64,000 bases of DNA from Candidatus Omnitrophota bacterium (GTDB lineage Bacteria > Omnitrophota > Gorgyraeia > 1-14-0-20-64-10). The notes beneath the pieces were generated by a model. That model was not told where the DNA came from. It saw only the letters and a list, made by a program, of their open reading frames with translations, and made no database searches. Shown piece by piece: positions 35,901-44,121 of this stretch. The DNA lies in assembly GCA_016177405.1 (NCBI GenBank), contig JACOVG010000012.1:5385-69384 (forward strand), read 5' to 3'. How positions within the stretch are numbered: position 1 is the first letter of the stretch; each line of letters opens with the position of its first letter. A program made the translations under genes and the position numbers.

Positions 35901-38900
35901 GTGGGTTTCCGCCAACCTGCAGGATGAGACCAAGCTGGAGAACGTTGAGAACCGCCAGAGCTGGCTTAGGTCCGGCGTCAACGCGGCCCAGACGAACGGC
36001 ATGGTTGACGCAACCATTTTTCAGCGGCTGGAGGAAGTCTACAGCGACGCTCCGGTGGCACCCGGCCTGCCCAGCTCCCTTGGCTTTCATTGGGTGCGCA
36101 ACCGGATCCTCCGCCACCTGGTCGAGACGGTTGGGGTCCCGGCAGGCGGGGTTCCGTATGACCGCTGGTACATCGAGCCGGACTATGCCCTGGACGGCAA
36201 GCCGCACACGGTGGAGGAGATGGCCTATCTTTCCTTCATGTCCTGGATGAGCGCCCAGGCGCACGGCTTTCCCTTGGGGCCGGTTGTCCCCAGCTACGGG
36301 AATGTCCACGGCGCCTCGGCGGGCAATCCGTCTCTTGCCCTGGCCGGTGTCCACCAGTACGCGGCCCAGGCGGCGACCCTTTACGGGCAGCCCTTGCCGC
36401 CAGAGCTTCTGGCGATATCCCGGAAGACCCCCCGCGGCTATTCCGACCTGGTCACTTCGGTTGTCGTGAATTTCAAGGATCAAGCGTTGGCGCAGGAGAT
36501 CGTGAAACTCTTTCCTGCCGACGGCCAGCGGACGGCCGCGGAAGAAGAGAGGATGAGGAATTTCGCGCTGGAGCAGTTAAGAAACATTCCAGCCGGCGTG
36601 CTCGGCACGCTGAAACAGGCGGAGCTGGCCATCCTCGAAGAGGTAGGGTTGGCCAAGAAAGAAGCGCGAGATCCCAGGCCGCTTGAGGAGTCGAGCCCAG
36701 AGGTGGCCAGGCGCCTGAAGGAGATTACCACCCAGATGGACGGGAAGATCCAGGCGATGGATCTTAGGCGGCGGGCGGCCATCACCACCCACGCGGCCAG
36801 CGGCCTAAGCGCCGCGCAGTTGAAGGCGGCGCGCGAGGCCGGCATCTGGATTGCCAACAAATCCACCGAGCCTCAAAACATCGTCCTGCGAGTTTTGTCC
36901 CTCTTTGACAAGATCTCCAGCGATGAAGTCGCCGGTTTGGACGCGCTGGCTAAACTCCCTGGAGCTGTCGAGATTTGGAAGGCCCATACCCACGGGATGC
37001 CGGCCCACCAGCGCGAGGAGCTGGCGGGCCGTATGGCCGCGCTGTACCAACAGATGTACGACGGGGTGGTGGAGCGGGCGGTCAAAGCGGCCAAAACTCC
37101 CGAAGAAGCACGGAAAATCCAGCTGGTGACCAAAAGCTACGGCCGGGTCTTTCCCTGGTTCTGGGATCCGCAGGCCGGCTGGTCCATGAATGAGCCGGGC
37201 TTAAGTGACTGGACCAGCGAGTTCGATTGGCTGACCAGCACCCACGGGCGGTACATGTTCGCCCTTCGGAATCCGGATGGGACGCTTCGCTTCCCGAACG
37301 CCCTCACCTGGGGGCTCGATCCGCTGGTGGTGGAGATCTCCCAGCACCTGATTGAGCAGACGATACCCTTCTACCATCGGCCCGATGTCATGAACGCCGA
37401 GGGGGCCGCCCAGGAGTACCGCGATTTCATGGCCGCCAAAACCACCGCCGGTGCGCCGGCCGAAGCCGACCATTGGACCGACAAGCCCCAAGGGCCGAAA
37501 TTGGACGACGCCGGGCTGGAGGAGAGCAACATCGCGAAGGCGAAGGGGCTGGGGAGTATCTTCTGCTTCGACTTTCTTGAGAACATCTCCGATGGCTTGA
37601 TCGAGGCCGCGATCCAGGGGGGCGCCACGGAGTTCACCATGAACCCCTATTCGACAGGGAATTACATCCAGCACCTCCTGACCCTTGCCACCGACGCGGG
37701 CCGCCAAAAGGCCGAGGCCCTCCAGGGGATACAGACTACGGAGCAATGGACAGGGTTCAAGAAGGAGGTGACCGATCTGGTCAAGGCAAAGGATAAGATA
37801 GGGCTGGCGCTGAAGGCGGCGATAGAGCCCTCACCGGATGTGAAGCCGGAGACCGAGCTGGCTCTAGCCAAGGCAGTTGCCCAGGCGATGCTGGCCGAGG
37901 CCGGTGTCGTGAAAGGGATGATGGAGCAATTGTCCCGGGAAGGGAAAAGCGGCGAAGAGGCGTACTGGGTCATCACCAAGTATTTTGCCGGAAAGATTGC
38001 CAGGCGGCTCAAGCCGATCTTTGATGGCTCCCAAGAGAAAACCGGCTACGTCTCCATCGAGGTGGATCCGCGGATCGAGCGGGAGGATTTTGCCGAAAGC
38101 CGCATGGAACCGGGAGCGGCGCGAGATAGAACCACTCGGCATCTTTGGATGGCGGACCGGATGCAGACAGAAACCAGGGATCTGGCCGGGATTGCCTCCA
38201 ACATCCTGGTCAAGGTTCCTGACACCGAGGCAGGGATCGCCACTGTTGGCGTGGTGGATGCCAACTACAATGTGACCCTGGCTTTTGTCGACGATGACGG
38301 TCGGGATGCCATTGCCGCTTTCGAGAAGAGGGGCGATTTGGCCCACCGCCTGCGCGTATCGCCCTTCGCCAGCCGGAACGCCGTCTACTTTGAGGAGTTC
38401 TGGGGCGATCTGATGAAGGAAGCCGACGGCTCCCAGGTGATTGACGGCCACGCCTGCACCATCGCCAATCTTTTCGATGTCTTTGAGGCACTCGGCAGCT
38501 ACGCGGACGGCGCCATCTGGTCCAGTCTCGGCATGAAGGTGAAGGGGGACCCGGGCGAGCTGTACGCCAGGTACGTGGTCGGTGTCGGGATCTTGAACGC
38601 CCCGCCGGAGACGGCCCGCGATTTCAACCGGGCCTCCTTTGAAATCCGGCGCTGGCTGGGTGAGAAAAGTTTGGTGGAGATCCTGACCGATTATTTCCAA
38701 GCGGTGAAAGAGGGCAAGGTCCCCTCGGCGACAGCGAAGTTCCCGGCCTTGATGGACGGTTCGATCTCTCCAGAGGATCTGGCGCGGCAGGCCGTTGGCA
38801 AATGGCACGCCTTGAGGAGTCGGCCGGTGTACCAGGGCCGCTTGACTCAAGTTCTTGAGAGGGTTAAGCAGTTGGAGCTGGCGGCCCAAAAGCCGCGTCC

Positions 38901-39597
38901 CTTCACCCGAGAGGCGCTCGCGATTGTTCAGGCCAGATTGGCGAGCGGCGAGATGATCACCGAGAAAGAGCTGATGCGGGTTGTCTTGAAGAAGGAAGGG
39001 GAGGAGAAGTTCATCGCCCCCTTTGCCGGCGCGATCAAGGCGCTGGATGCCGCCATGCAGCAGATGAAATCCGGCCTGGAGGAGACGGCGGTGCGGGAGG
39101 CCCTGCGGGAGTTCAATGCCTTGAGCGAAATCTTGAGGGTTAGGCAGGGTCATGTCACCGGAAGGGGGCGGCCGATCCTGGTGAATCTTTCCGGTCCCGA
39201 CGGGCCAAGACTTATCGCTGTGGCCCAAGCCCTCGCGCTCATCAGGGCGAAGAATGATAGCTTGAACGAGATTGACTTCCGAGTGGTTGCTCCGGAGTCT
39301 CTCGTGGAGAATCTGCTTGACGGCTTGAAGGGAATCAATCCAGAAGCTGTTTCCTATTGGCTGTTTCCACGCGTCATCTCCTACGACGACTCTGCTCCCG
39401 CGAAACAAAAAGCCGCCTATCAAGATGCCAGGAAAGAGGCCCTGCGGCAATTGGGCGTTCGTGCCGCTTTCAAAGAGATTCGCGAGTTCACCAAGGACTT
39501 GGCGCTTGAGCTTAGGGGCTATTTCCAGGGTGGCGGCCTGCGGTTTGCCACGGAAGAGGCCTTCAGGCGGTTCGAGGCGCTTCTTAAGGCGGCGTAG
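32908..39597 (+). CDS. Giant multidomain protein 2 (2229 aa). Signal peptide, GlpX-type (class II) fructose/sedoheptulose-bisphosphatase-like domain, transaldolase-like domain, and large unknown regions. Carries 5 [SAT]GLEE motifs.
   Basis: Signal MRSKLLKILVARVALFTSVITWAAPGYA-LRQ. GlpX-like: DPVDGTT, VWVLNRPHGQEIIDLARKAGAKVRLYQDGTV, GRVGATEGKMVAAPLR. Transaldolase-like: GATEFTMNPYS, YVSIEVDPR, ILVKVPDTEAGIATVGVVDANYNVTLAFV...RVSPFASR. RBS GGGAGAAA 35 nt after the giant 1 stop. Confidence 0.7.
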   Translation: MRSKLLKILVARVALFTSVITWAAPGYALRQTGLEESPKERKRLEVALLGTGNPGQDLKNLGAAANRLATDLGFLPAAGLEEGSLGLDDLIKQAGAGSEDERSRAIQALGRFFSGITVDRKRLASFDGGRRVLPDLTPVTSIGALGVVLSNMVGSGDKIGCDSASSSRMNPAVQVVFRVAGHNWWNRAGEGKREGVPDEAQIPPMEKPLVFSAGWVTLYTANDPVDGTTRTSKGQDGGVTLFMVTPDFGRRIPDELRLENVIYAGQKADFSLKRQKFDEIVRRIAASNRKSPSDYEVWVLNRPHGQEIIDLARKAGAKVRLYQDGTVQPSLYLAAFPERNIIVAGRVGATEGKMVAAPLRNVHYPGGGRVWMKARIISENSAYEVAEKRQGGIVYYEPRLDPDGKKVAAKSLTNGNKLSLKDKEALKEAGYAEEEVARIEDGNWELELEDLAPAAGDLSLSYITEPMTGLDGQPLFDWEAEIHGVQKAEGVVSHTLDFAADGIWLVTHRYPDAGLGRIAAQLHEQERVVNLLRKIVFEDPSHNLRQAAQAALREYLPHALGLDFQRRAGLAIAGVAAGLEEAKPVIGYQPKLTLEQNLKAQALFGMGTGSGVTKVDVKYQIRNTAGDPAAFSRLFGELLALSQGDMNKLARIFEEAVQADYVSEEQLAAALQRLAADPGVPYNQPPVSYYNPARYVYARLRNMRGGRMTGWVDAVLEPVAVRVRRHASGKDLSDVRQKAQVVQALQKSWGSGRQEAGSNLPTGPFRYEIFWDSLVEKDGEYYLTLELLLDGGKDYAQGVVLELQVVIPAEGELQQYQNPYTLEIPPDRRAPFSYGLLDSLHFVNTRFPEWRPTAQRDIYDARMKAMQETGVKRQILRPSVRQGNNPRFFEPFFRAYLAGRVPLIYHIVHTRSEREYGNQGGVPSIGNLASAIVRRGGLGVTASWLIENPKEAEPLVGQELVFSYELDHHRIDNVKDAAGFAADFEYLVKAYQEALVTGWVSANLQDETKLENVENRQSWLRSGVNAAQTNGMVDATIFQRLEEVYSDAPVAPGLPSSLGFHWVRNRILRHLVETVGVPAGGVPYDRWYIEPDYALDGKPHTVEEMAYLSFMSWMSAQAHGFPLGPVVPSYGNVHGASAGNPSLALAGVHQYAAQAATLYGQPLPPELLAISRKTPRGYSDLVTSVVVNFKDQALAQEIVKLFPADGQRTAAEEERMRNFALEQLRNIPAGVLGTLKQAELAILEEVGLAKKEARDPRPLEESSPEVARRLKEITTQMDGKIQAMDLRRRAAITTHAASGLSAAQLKAAREAGIWIANKSTEPQNIVLRVLSLFDKISSDEVAGLDALAKLPGAVEIWKAHTHGMPAHQREELAGRMAALYQQMYDGVVERAVKAAKTPEEARKIQLVTKSYGRVFPWFWDPQAGWSMNEPGLSDWTSEFDWLTSTHGRYMFALRNPDGTLRFPNALTWGLDPLVVEISQHLIEQTIPFYHRPDVMNAEGAAQEYRDFMAAKTTAGAPAEADHWTDKPQGPKLDDAGLEESNIAKAKGLGSIFCFDFLENISDGLIEAAIQGGATEFTMNPYSTGNYIQHLLTLATDAGRQKAEALQGIQTTEQWTGFKKEVTDLVKAKDKIGLALKAAIEPSPDVKPETELALAKAVAQAMLAEAGVVKGMMEQLSREGKSGEEAYWVITKYFAGKIARRLKPIFDGSQEKTGYVSIEVDPRIEREDFAESRMEPGAARDRTTRHLWMADRMQTETRDLAGIASNILVKVPDTEAGIATVGVVDANYNVTLAFVDDDGRDAIAAFEKRGDLAHRLRVSPFASRNAVYFEEFWGDLMKEADGSQVIDGHACTIANLFDVFEALGSYADGAIWSSLGMKVKGDPGELYARYVVGVGILNAPPETARDFNRASFEIRRWLGEKSLVEILTDYFQAVKEGKVPSATAKFPALMDGSISPEDLARQAVGKWHALRSRPVYQGRLTQVLERVKQLELAAQKPRPFTREALAIVQARLASGEMITEKELMRVVLKKEGEEKFIAPFAGAIKALDAAMQQMKSGLEETAVREALREFNALSEILRVRQGHVTGRGRPILVNLSGPDGPRLIAVAQALALIRAKNDSLNEIDFRVVAPESLVENLLDGLKGINPEAVSYWLFPRVISYDDSAPAKQKAAYQDARKEALRQLGVRAAFKEIREFTKDLALELRGYFQGGGLRFATEEAFRRFEALLKAA

Positions 39598-39608
39598 GCG
39601 TCTGACGC

Positions 39609-39637
39609 TTGACCGGCATCGGTGCCGGTGCTAGAAT
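39609..39637 (+). promoter_or_regulatory. Near-consensus sigma70-type promoter TTGACC-17 bp-TAGAAT
   Basis: TTGACC at 39609-39614, 17-nt spacer containing the small palindrome CCGGCAtcggTGCCGG, TAGAAT at 39632-39637. Lies 120 nt upstream of the 39759 gene. Confidence 0.55.
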
Positions 39638-39661
39638 CGGGCTGTTTGGAGGTGAAACTTG

Positions 39662-39725
39662 TCATCCTCGCGTAAGCGAGGATCTTCCGTCCTCGTCGGG
39701 ATTCCCGCTTTCGCGGGAATGACGA
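39662..39725 (+). repeat. REP-like repeat copy 2 (perfect stem ATCCTCGC-gtaa-GCGAGGAT) plus an adjacent second hairpin (ATTCCCGC-tttc-GCGGGAAT), between the predicted promoter and the next gene
   Basis: TGTCATCCTCGCGTAAGCGAGGATCT is related to the copies at 14436 and 40972. Two tandem GC-rich stem-loops. Confidence 0.55.
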
Positions 39726-39758
39726 ATTCCAACTTAACAAGAAGGGGGTTTATCTCTC

Positions 39759-40235
39759 ATGGGACAGGGTAAAGCAGGGTGGTGGGTCGCGGGTTTGGCG
39801 GCGGCGGTGGTCTTTATCAGCATCGGTTACGGCATGGGGCGCAGGGCCGGGACGGCCGCCTCATCGGCCTCGCTGGACTTCGCCGGCGCTTCGGCCCCGG
39901 CGATTTCGGTGGAGCCCATCCAGCCGCAGGCGGAATTGGCGGCCATCACGGTGAGCCCTTCGACGCCCGCCGAGCTCGCGGCCATTCAACCCGCCGCCGC
40001 GGAAGCCTCCGCGCCGTTGCCCTTGGAGGAATCGGCCCGGAATCGGAACATTCAGCTGGCCCTGAAGGCCGCCGGGTTTGACCCGGGTTCCGCGGACGGG
40101 AAGATGGGACCCCGCACCCAGACGGCGGTTCGGGATTTTCAGAAAGCCCAGGGGCTGACACCCGACGGCAAGGTGGGCCCCAAAACGTGGAGCAAGCTGG
40201 AAGCCTTTCTTAATAAAAGCGCGTCAAACGACTAA
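39759..40235 (+). CDS. Membrane-anchored peptidoglycan-binding (PG_binding_1) domain protein
   Basis: N-terminal TM WWVAGLAAAVVFISIGY, Ala/Pro linker, C-terminal NIQLALKAAGFDPGSADGKMGPRTQTAVRDFQKAQGLTPDGKVGPKTW. Confidence 0.75.
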   Translation: MGQGKAGWWVAGLAAAVVFISIGYGMGRRAGTAASSASLDFAGASAPAISVEPIQPQAELAAITVSPSTPAELAAIQPAAAEASAPLPLEESARNRNIQLALKAAGFDPGSADGKMGPRTQTAVRDFQKAQGLTPDGKVGPKTWSKLEAFLNKSASND

Positions 40236-40256
40236 GCAGGGAGATTCCAACAGGCG

Positions 40257-40967
40257 ATGAGACACTTCATGAAGACGGGGGTCGGGATTTTTGCTCTCAT
40301 TCTGGCGCTGGCGGGCTGCGGCATCAACTTCTACGCGGGCAGGCCCAGCGACGTCAACCGCATCGGCCAGCTCATGGCCGAGCTGGATCGGATCAAGACG
40401 CAGAAGGATCAGGAGTCCGATCAGCTTCGGGAGGCCAAATCCCTTCTGGAGAGGCGTCTTCAGAAGGAGATCTCCGAGAAGCAGGTGAAGCTGGAGATGG
40501 CCGAGCGGGGCTTGGTCCTCACCTTTGTCGCCGAGGTGCTCTTTGATTCCGGCAAGGCGGCCGTTCGCCCCGAGGCGGGCCAGACCCTGGCGAAGGTGGC
40601 CTCCGTGATTCGGGAGAAGGTCTCCGACCGGAACGTCGGCATCGAGGGCCACACCGACAACGAGCCGATCAAGCATTCCGGATGGAAATCGAACTGGGAG
40701 CTTTCCACCTCCCGGGCCACCAGCGTCCTGCACTTTCTGGAGGACAATGGCGTCAGCCCCAAGCTTCTGGTGGCTTCCGGCTACGGCGAGCACCGGCCCG
40801 TGGCCGGCAACGACGCGGTTGAGGGACGGCAGAAGAACCGCCGCGTGGAGATCGTGATCCTGCCCAAGAAGCTGACCAAGATGGAGCAGGCGGTCCTGCG
40901 GAAGGCCTCGGAGTCCGGAGAGCCTGAAGCGGTTCGCAAGGCCGAGGCGCTGGAAGAGTACAAATGA
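40257..40967 (+). CDS. OmpA/MotB-family lipoprotein (OmpA C-terminal peptidoglycan-anchoring domain)
   Basis: Lipobox LALAGCG, coiled coil, OmpA_C blocks GHTDNEPIK...NWELSTSRATSV...GYGEHRPVA...NRRVEIVIL. Confidence 0.8.
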   Translation: MRHFMKTGVGIFALILALAGCGINFYAGRPSDVNRIGQLMAELDRIKTQKDQESDQLREAKSLLERRLQKEISEKQVKLEMAERGLVLTFVAEVLFDSGKAAVRPEAGQTLAKVASVIREKVSDRNVGIEGHTDNEPIKHSGWKSNWELSTSRATSVLHFLEDNGVSPKLLVASGYGEHRPVAGNDAVEGRQKNRRVEIVILPKKLTKMEQAVLRKASESGEPEAVRKAEALEEYK

Positions 40968-40971
40968 CCGC

Positions 40972-41012
40972 GAAGCGGTCATCCCGAGGAGCGCCAGCGA
41001 CGAGGGATCTCG
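40972..41012. repeat. REP-like repeat copy 3 (CGGTCATCCCGAGGAGCGCCAGCGACGAGGGATCTCGCATGGCC), intergenic
   Basis: The 13-nt and 11-nt blocks are identical to copy 1. Confidence 0.55.
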
Positions 41013-41013
41013 C

Positions 41014-41382
41014 ATGGCCGATAAATTAAGAGGGGCCACCCTGGCTTTGGTGGCCGTCAGTGTGGCGGCGCTCCTGGTTTGCCTGGGGGTAGCGGGCAAG
41101 GCCAGGGGCGAGCGGAAGGCCTTGAATTCCTTGAAGAGGGAGGTCCGCCAGATTGCCGAGGCCAACCGCTCCCTCGAGAAAACCCTCCAGCAGTCCCAGG
41201 CCCAGATGGAGCTGGCCCAATCGGCCACCCAGGAGCTCACCCAGGCCCTGGCGCACGAACAGCAGAAGAACGAACATCTCGCCGAAGCGGTCCGCCAATG
41301 GGAAGCCTCCCAAAAGGCCTCCCAGGCGGCCGCGGCCAAGACCCCCGCCAAAAAGACCGTCTCGACCCGACGGTCTCCCTGA
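41014..41382 (+). CDS. Hypothetical small membrane-anchored coiled-coil protein
   Basis: N-terminal hydrophobic helix ATLALVAVSVAALLVCLGVA, then a Q/E/A-rich coiled coil. No recognisable domain. Confidence 0.4.
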   Translation: MADKLRGATLALVAVSVAALLVCLGVAGKARGERKALNSLKREVRQIAEANRSLEKTLQQSQAQMELAQSATQELTQALAHEQQKNEHLAEAVRQWEASQKASQAAAAKTPAKKTVSTRRSP

Positions 41383-41393
41383 CCGTTTTTCCG

Positions 41394-42140
41394 TTGGCTA
41401 ACCCAAAGGTTTCCGGCCTCGCCGGGTATTCGAAGCTGGATCTCAAGCGCTTGCCCGCGCACGTGGCGATCATCATGGACGGCAACGGGCGCTGGGCCAA
41501 GGGGCGGGGCCTGCCGCGGGTGATGGGCCACCGGGCCGGGATCCAATCGGTTCGGGCCGTGGTGGAGGCCGCCCGGGAGCTTTCGATCCGGGTTCTGACC
41601 CTTTACGCCTTCTCGGTGGAGAACTGGAAACGGAATCCCCAGGAAGTGAAGACCCTCATGCGGCTCTTGAACGAGTACCTGCGCAGGGAGCTTCCCACCC
41701 TGATGGCCAACGAGATCCGCCTCAACGTCCTGGGGGATGTTTCGGGTCTTCCCCCGGGGGTCCAGGAGGAGCTTGAAAGGGTTTTGGCCAAGACCCGCGC
41801 GAACGACAAGATGGTCTTGAACCTTGCCCTCAATTACGGCGCCCGCGCCGAGATCCTCCAGGCGGCCGGGCGGGTCGCCGCGGAGGTCAAGGCCGGGCGG
41901 CTCAAGGAATCGGAGCTCACCGAGGCCGCCTTCAGCCGGTTTCTCTACACCGACGGCCAGCCCGACCCCGACCTCTTGATCCGCACCAGCGGCGAGCACC
42001 GGATCTCCAATTTCCTCCTCTGGCAGATCTCCTACGCCGAGCTGTATCTGACCCCGAGGCTCTGGCCCGATTTCGGGAAGGCCGATTTCCTGGCGGCCCT
42101 CCTGGAGTACCAGGGCCGCGAGCGCCGCTTCGGAGCGTAG
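41394..42140 (+). CDS. uppS: Undecaprenyl-diphosphate synthase (cis-prenyltransferase)
   Basis: HVAIIMDGNGRWAKGRGLPR, LTLYAFSVENWKRNPQEV, RTSGEHRISNFLLWQISYAELY. Proposed TTG start at 41394. The ORF-track frame opens at 41079. Confidence 0.85.
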   Translation: MANPKVSGLAGYSKLDLKRLPAHVAIIMDGNGRWAKGRGLPRVMGHRAGIQSVRAVVEAARELSIRVLTLYAFSVENWKRNPQEVKTLMRLLNEYLRRELPTLMANEIRLNVLGDVSGLPPGVQEELERVLAKTRANDKMVLNLALNYGARAEILQAAGRVAAEVKAGRLKESELTEAAFSRFLYTDGQPDPDLLIRTSGEHRISNFLLWQISYAELYLTPRLWPDFGKADFLAALLEYQGRERRFGA

Positions 42141-42146
42141 CCCCCC

Positions 42147-42971
42147 ATGACCAACCTCATCCCAAGGCTCATCACCAGCGCCATCCTGATTGCCCTGGTG
42201 ATCGGGGTGGTTTTCTTTTCACCCGTGTGGGTGTTCACCCTGGTGACGACGGTCTTCATTGGGCTTGCCCTCAACGAGTTCTTCACCCTGGTCGAGCGCA
42301 AGGGGATCCACATCGAGCGGTGGGTGGGGCTGGCCGTGGGGCTGTTGATCCCCCTTTCGATCCATTCCGGCTTTGAGCCGACGCGGGGCTGGGAGCTTTT
42401 CTTCATGGTGGTGGCCTGCCTGGTCCTCTTCATCCTTCAGCTTCGGCGGCGGGACAGCTCCCAGGCGATCGTGGGGATCTCCACCGCCTTGTTCGGGATC
42501 TTCTACATCTCCTGGTGCTTCAGCTTCCTCATCAAGCTCCGTTTCTTGACCGGGCCCGCGCTTCCGGACGGCTCGTGGCTGGTGGTTTTTCTCCTGACGG
42601 CGACCAAGGCCGGCGACGTCGGGGCCTACACCGCGGGCTCCCTCCTGGGGCGGCACACCCTGATCCGCCGGATCAGCCCCTCCAAGACCTGGGAGGGTTT
42701 GGCCGGCGGCCTGCTTTTCAGTCTGGGCGCCGCCCTGGCCCTGCGGCCCGTTTTCTCGCAGGTCCCTGTGGCGCACCTGGCCGTCCTGGGGCTTGTCCTG
42801 GGAATCCTGGGGCAGTTGGGGGACCTTTCGGAATCCTTGATCAAGAGAGACTGTCAGGTGAAAGACTCCGGCAATCTCCTGCCGGGGATGGGCGGGGTGC
42901 TGGACGTTTTGGACAGCCTCCTCTTTACCGCGCCGATCGGCTACTTCTACATGGATAAGTTCTTCGTCTAA
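42147..42971 (+). CDS. cdsA: Phosphatidate cytidylyltransferase
   Basis: CdsA signature SLIKRDCQVKDSGNLLPGMGGVLDVLDSLLFTAPIGYFY. Polytopic membrane protein. Confidence 0.9.
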   Translation: MTNLIPRLITSAILIALVIGVVFFSPVWVFTLVTTVFIGLALNEFFTLVERKGIHIERWVGLAVGLLIPLSIHSGFEPTRGWELFFMVVACLVLFILQLRRRDSSQAIVGISTALFGIFYISWCFSFLIKLRFLTGPALPDGSWLVVFLLTATKAGDVGAYTAGSLLGRHTLIRRISPSKTWEGLAGGLLFSLGAALALRPVFSQVPVAHLAVLGLVLGILGQLGDLSESLIKRDCQVKDSGNLLPGMGGVLDVLDSLLFTAPIGYFYMDKFFV

Positions 42972-42972
42972 G

Positions 42973-44121
42973 ATGAAAAAAATCATCCTGCTGGGCTCCA
43001 CCGGCTCGATCGGCCTGAACACCCTAAAGGTGGTGGAGGACCACCCCGATCAATTCGAGGTGGTGGGGCTGGCCGCCGGGCGGCAGGTCCGGCCCCTGGC
43101 CGAGCAGATCCGCCGCTTCAAACCCAGGTGGGCGGCCCTGCGGGACGCCTCCGGCTTCAAGGAGCTTAAAAGGCTCGTGAACGGCAGCCGCACCGAGATC
43201 TTAGTCGGCGAGGAGGGCGTTTCAGAGCTGGCGGCCGCCAGTCCCGCCGATGTCGTGGTGGTGGCGATCACCGGGGCGGCCGCGCTTAAACCCACCCTTA
43301 GCGCCATCGCCAAGGGGCGCAGGGTCGGCTTCGCCAACAAGGAGACCCTGGTGATCGCCGGCGAGCTGGTCCTGCGCGAGGCCAAGGCCCGGAAGGCCGT
43401 GCTCCTGCCCATCGACAGCGAGCACTCGGCGATCTTCCAATGCCTCCAGGGCAACGCCCACGCGCCCCTTTCACGGATTCTCTTGACCAGCTCGGGGGGG
43501 CCTTTGAGGAGGGTTCCGGCGAGCGCCTTCGGGCGCCTCACCAAACGGCAGATCATGCGGCACCCGCGTTGGAAGATGGGGCCCAAGATCACCGTGGACT
43601 CCGCCACCATGATGAACAAGGGGCTGGAGGTGATCGAGGCGAGCCGCCTCTTCGGCATTCCGGCAGGCCAGGTGGAGGTGCTGATTCACCCCGAGGCGAT
43701 CGTCCATTCCATGGTCGAGTTCGTGGACGGTTCGGTCCTGGCCCAACTGGGGGTGACCGACATGCGCGGCCCCATTCAATACGCCCTGACCTATCCCGGA
43801 CGCCTGTCCTCCTCTTTGCCCGCGCTCGACCTGGTGAAGGTGAAACAGCTCACCTTCGAGGCGCCTGACCGGAAGAAATTCCCCTGCTTGAGCCTTGGCT
43901 ACCGGGCCGCCCGGCAGGGTGGGACCGCGCCTGCCGTGCTCAACGCGGCCAACGAGACGCTGGTGGCGGCCTTCCTGGGCGGCCGCCTGCCCTTCGTCCG
44001 GATTCCAAGCGGCATCGAGCGGGTCCTGGACCGCCACCACCCTCTCGCCCATCCCGGCCTTGCCCAGATCCTGGAGGCCGATCGCTGGGCCCGCGAAGAG
44101 GCCCGGGGGATTATTCCATGA
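42973..44121 (+). CDS. dxr: 1-deoxy-D-xylulose-5-phosphate reductoisomerase
   Basis: MKKIILLGSTGSIGLNTLKVV, LLPIDSEHSAIFQCL, typical length of 382 aa. Confidence 0.95.
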   Translation: MKKIILLGSTGSIGLNTLKVVEDHPDQFEVVGLAAGRQVRPLAEQIRRFKPRWAALRDASGFKELKRLVNGSRTEILVGEEGVSELAAASPADVVVVAITGAAALKPTLSAIAKGRRVGFANKETLVIAGELVLREAKARKAVLLPIDSEHSAIFQCLQGNAHAPLSRILLTSSGGPLRRVPASAFGRLTKRQIMRHPRWKMGPKITVDSATMMNKGLEVIEASRLFGIPAGQVEVLIHPEAIVHSMVEFVDGSVLAQLGVTDMRGPIQYALTYPGRLSSSLPALDLVKVKQLTFEAPDRKKFPCLSLGYRAARQGGTAPAVLNAANETLVAAFLGGRLPFVRIPSGIERVLDRHHPLAHPGLAQILEADRWAREEARGIIP

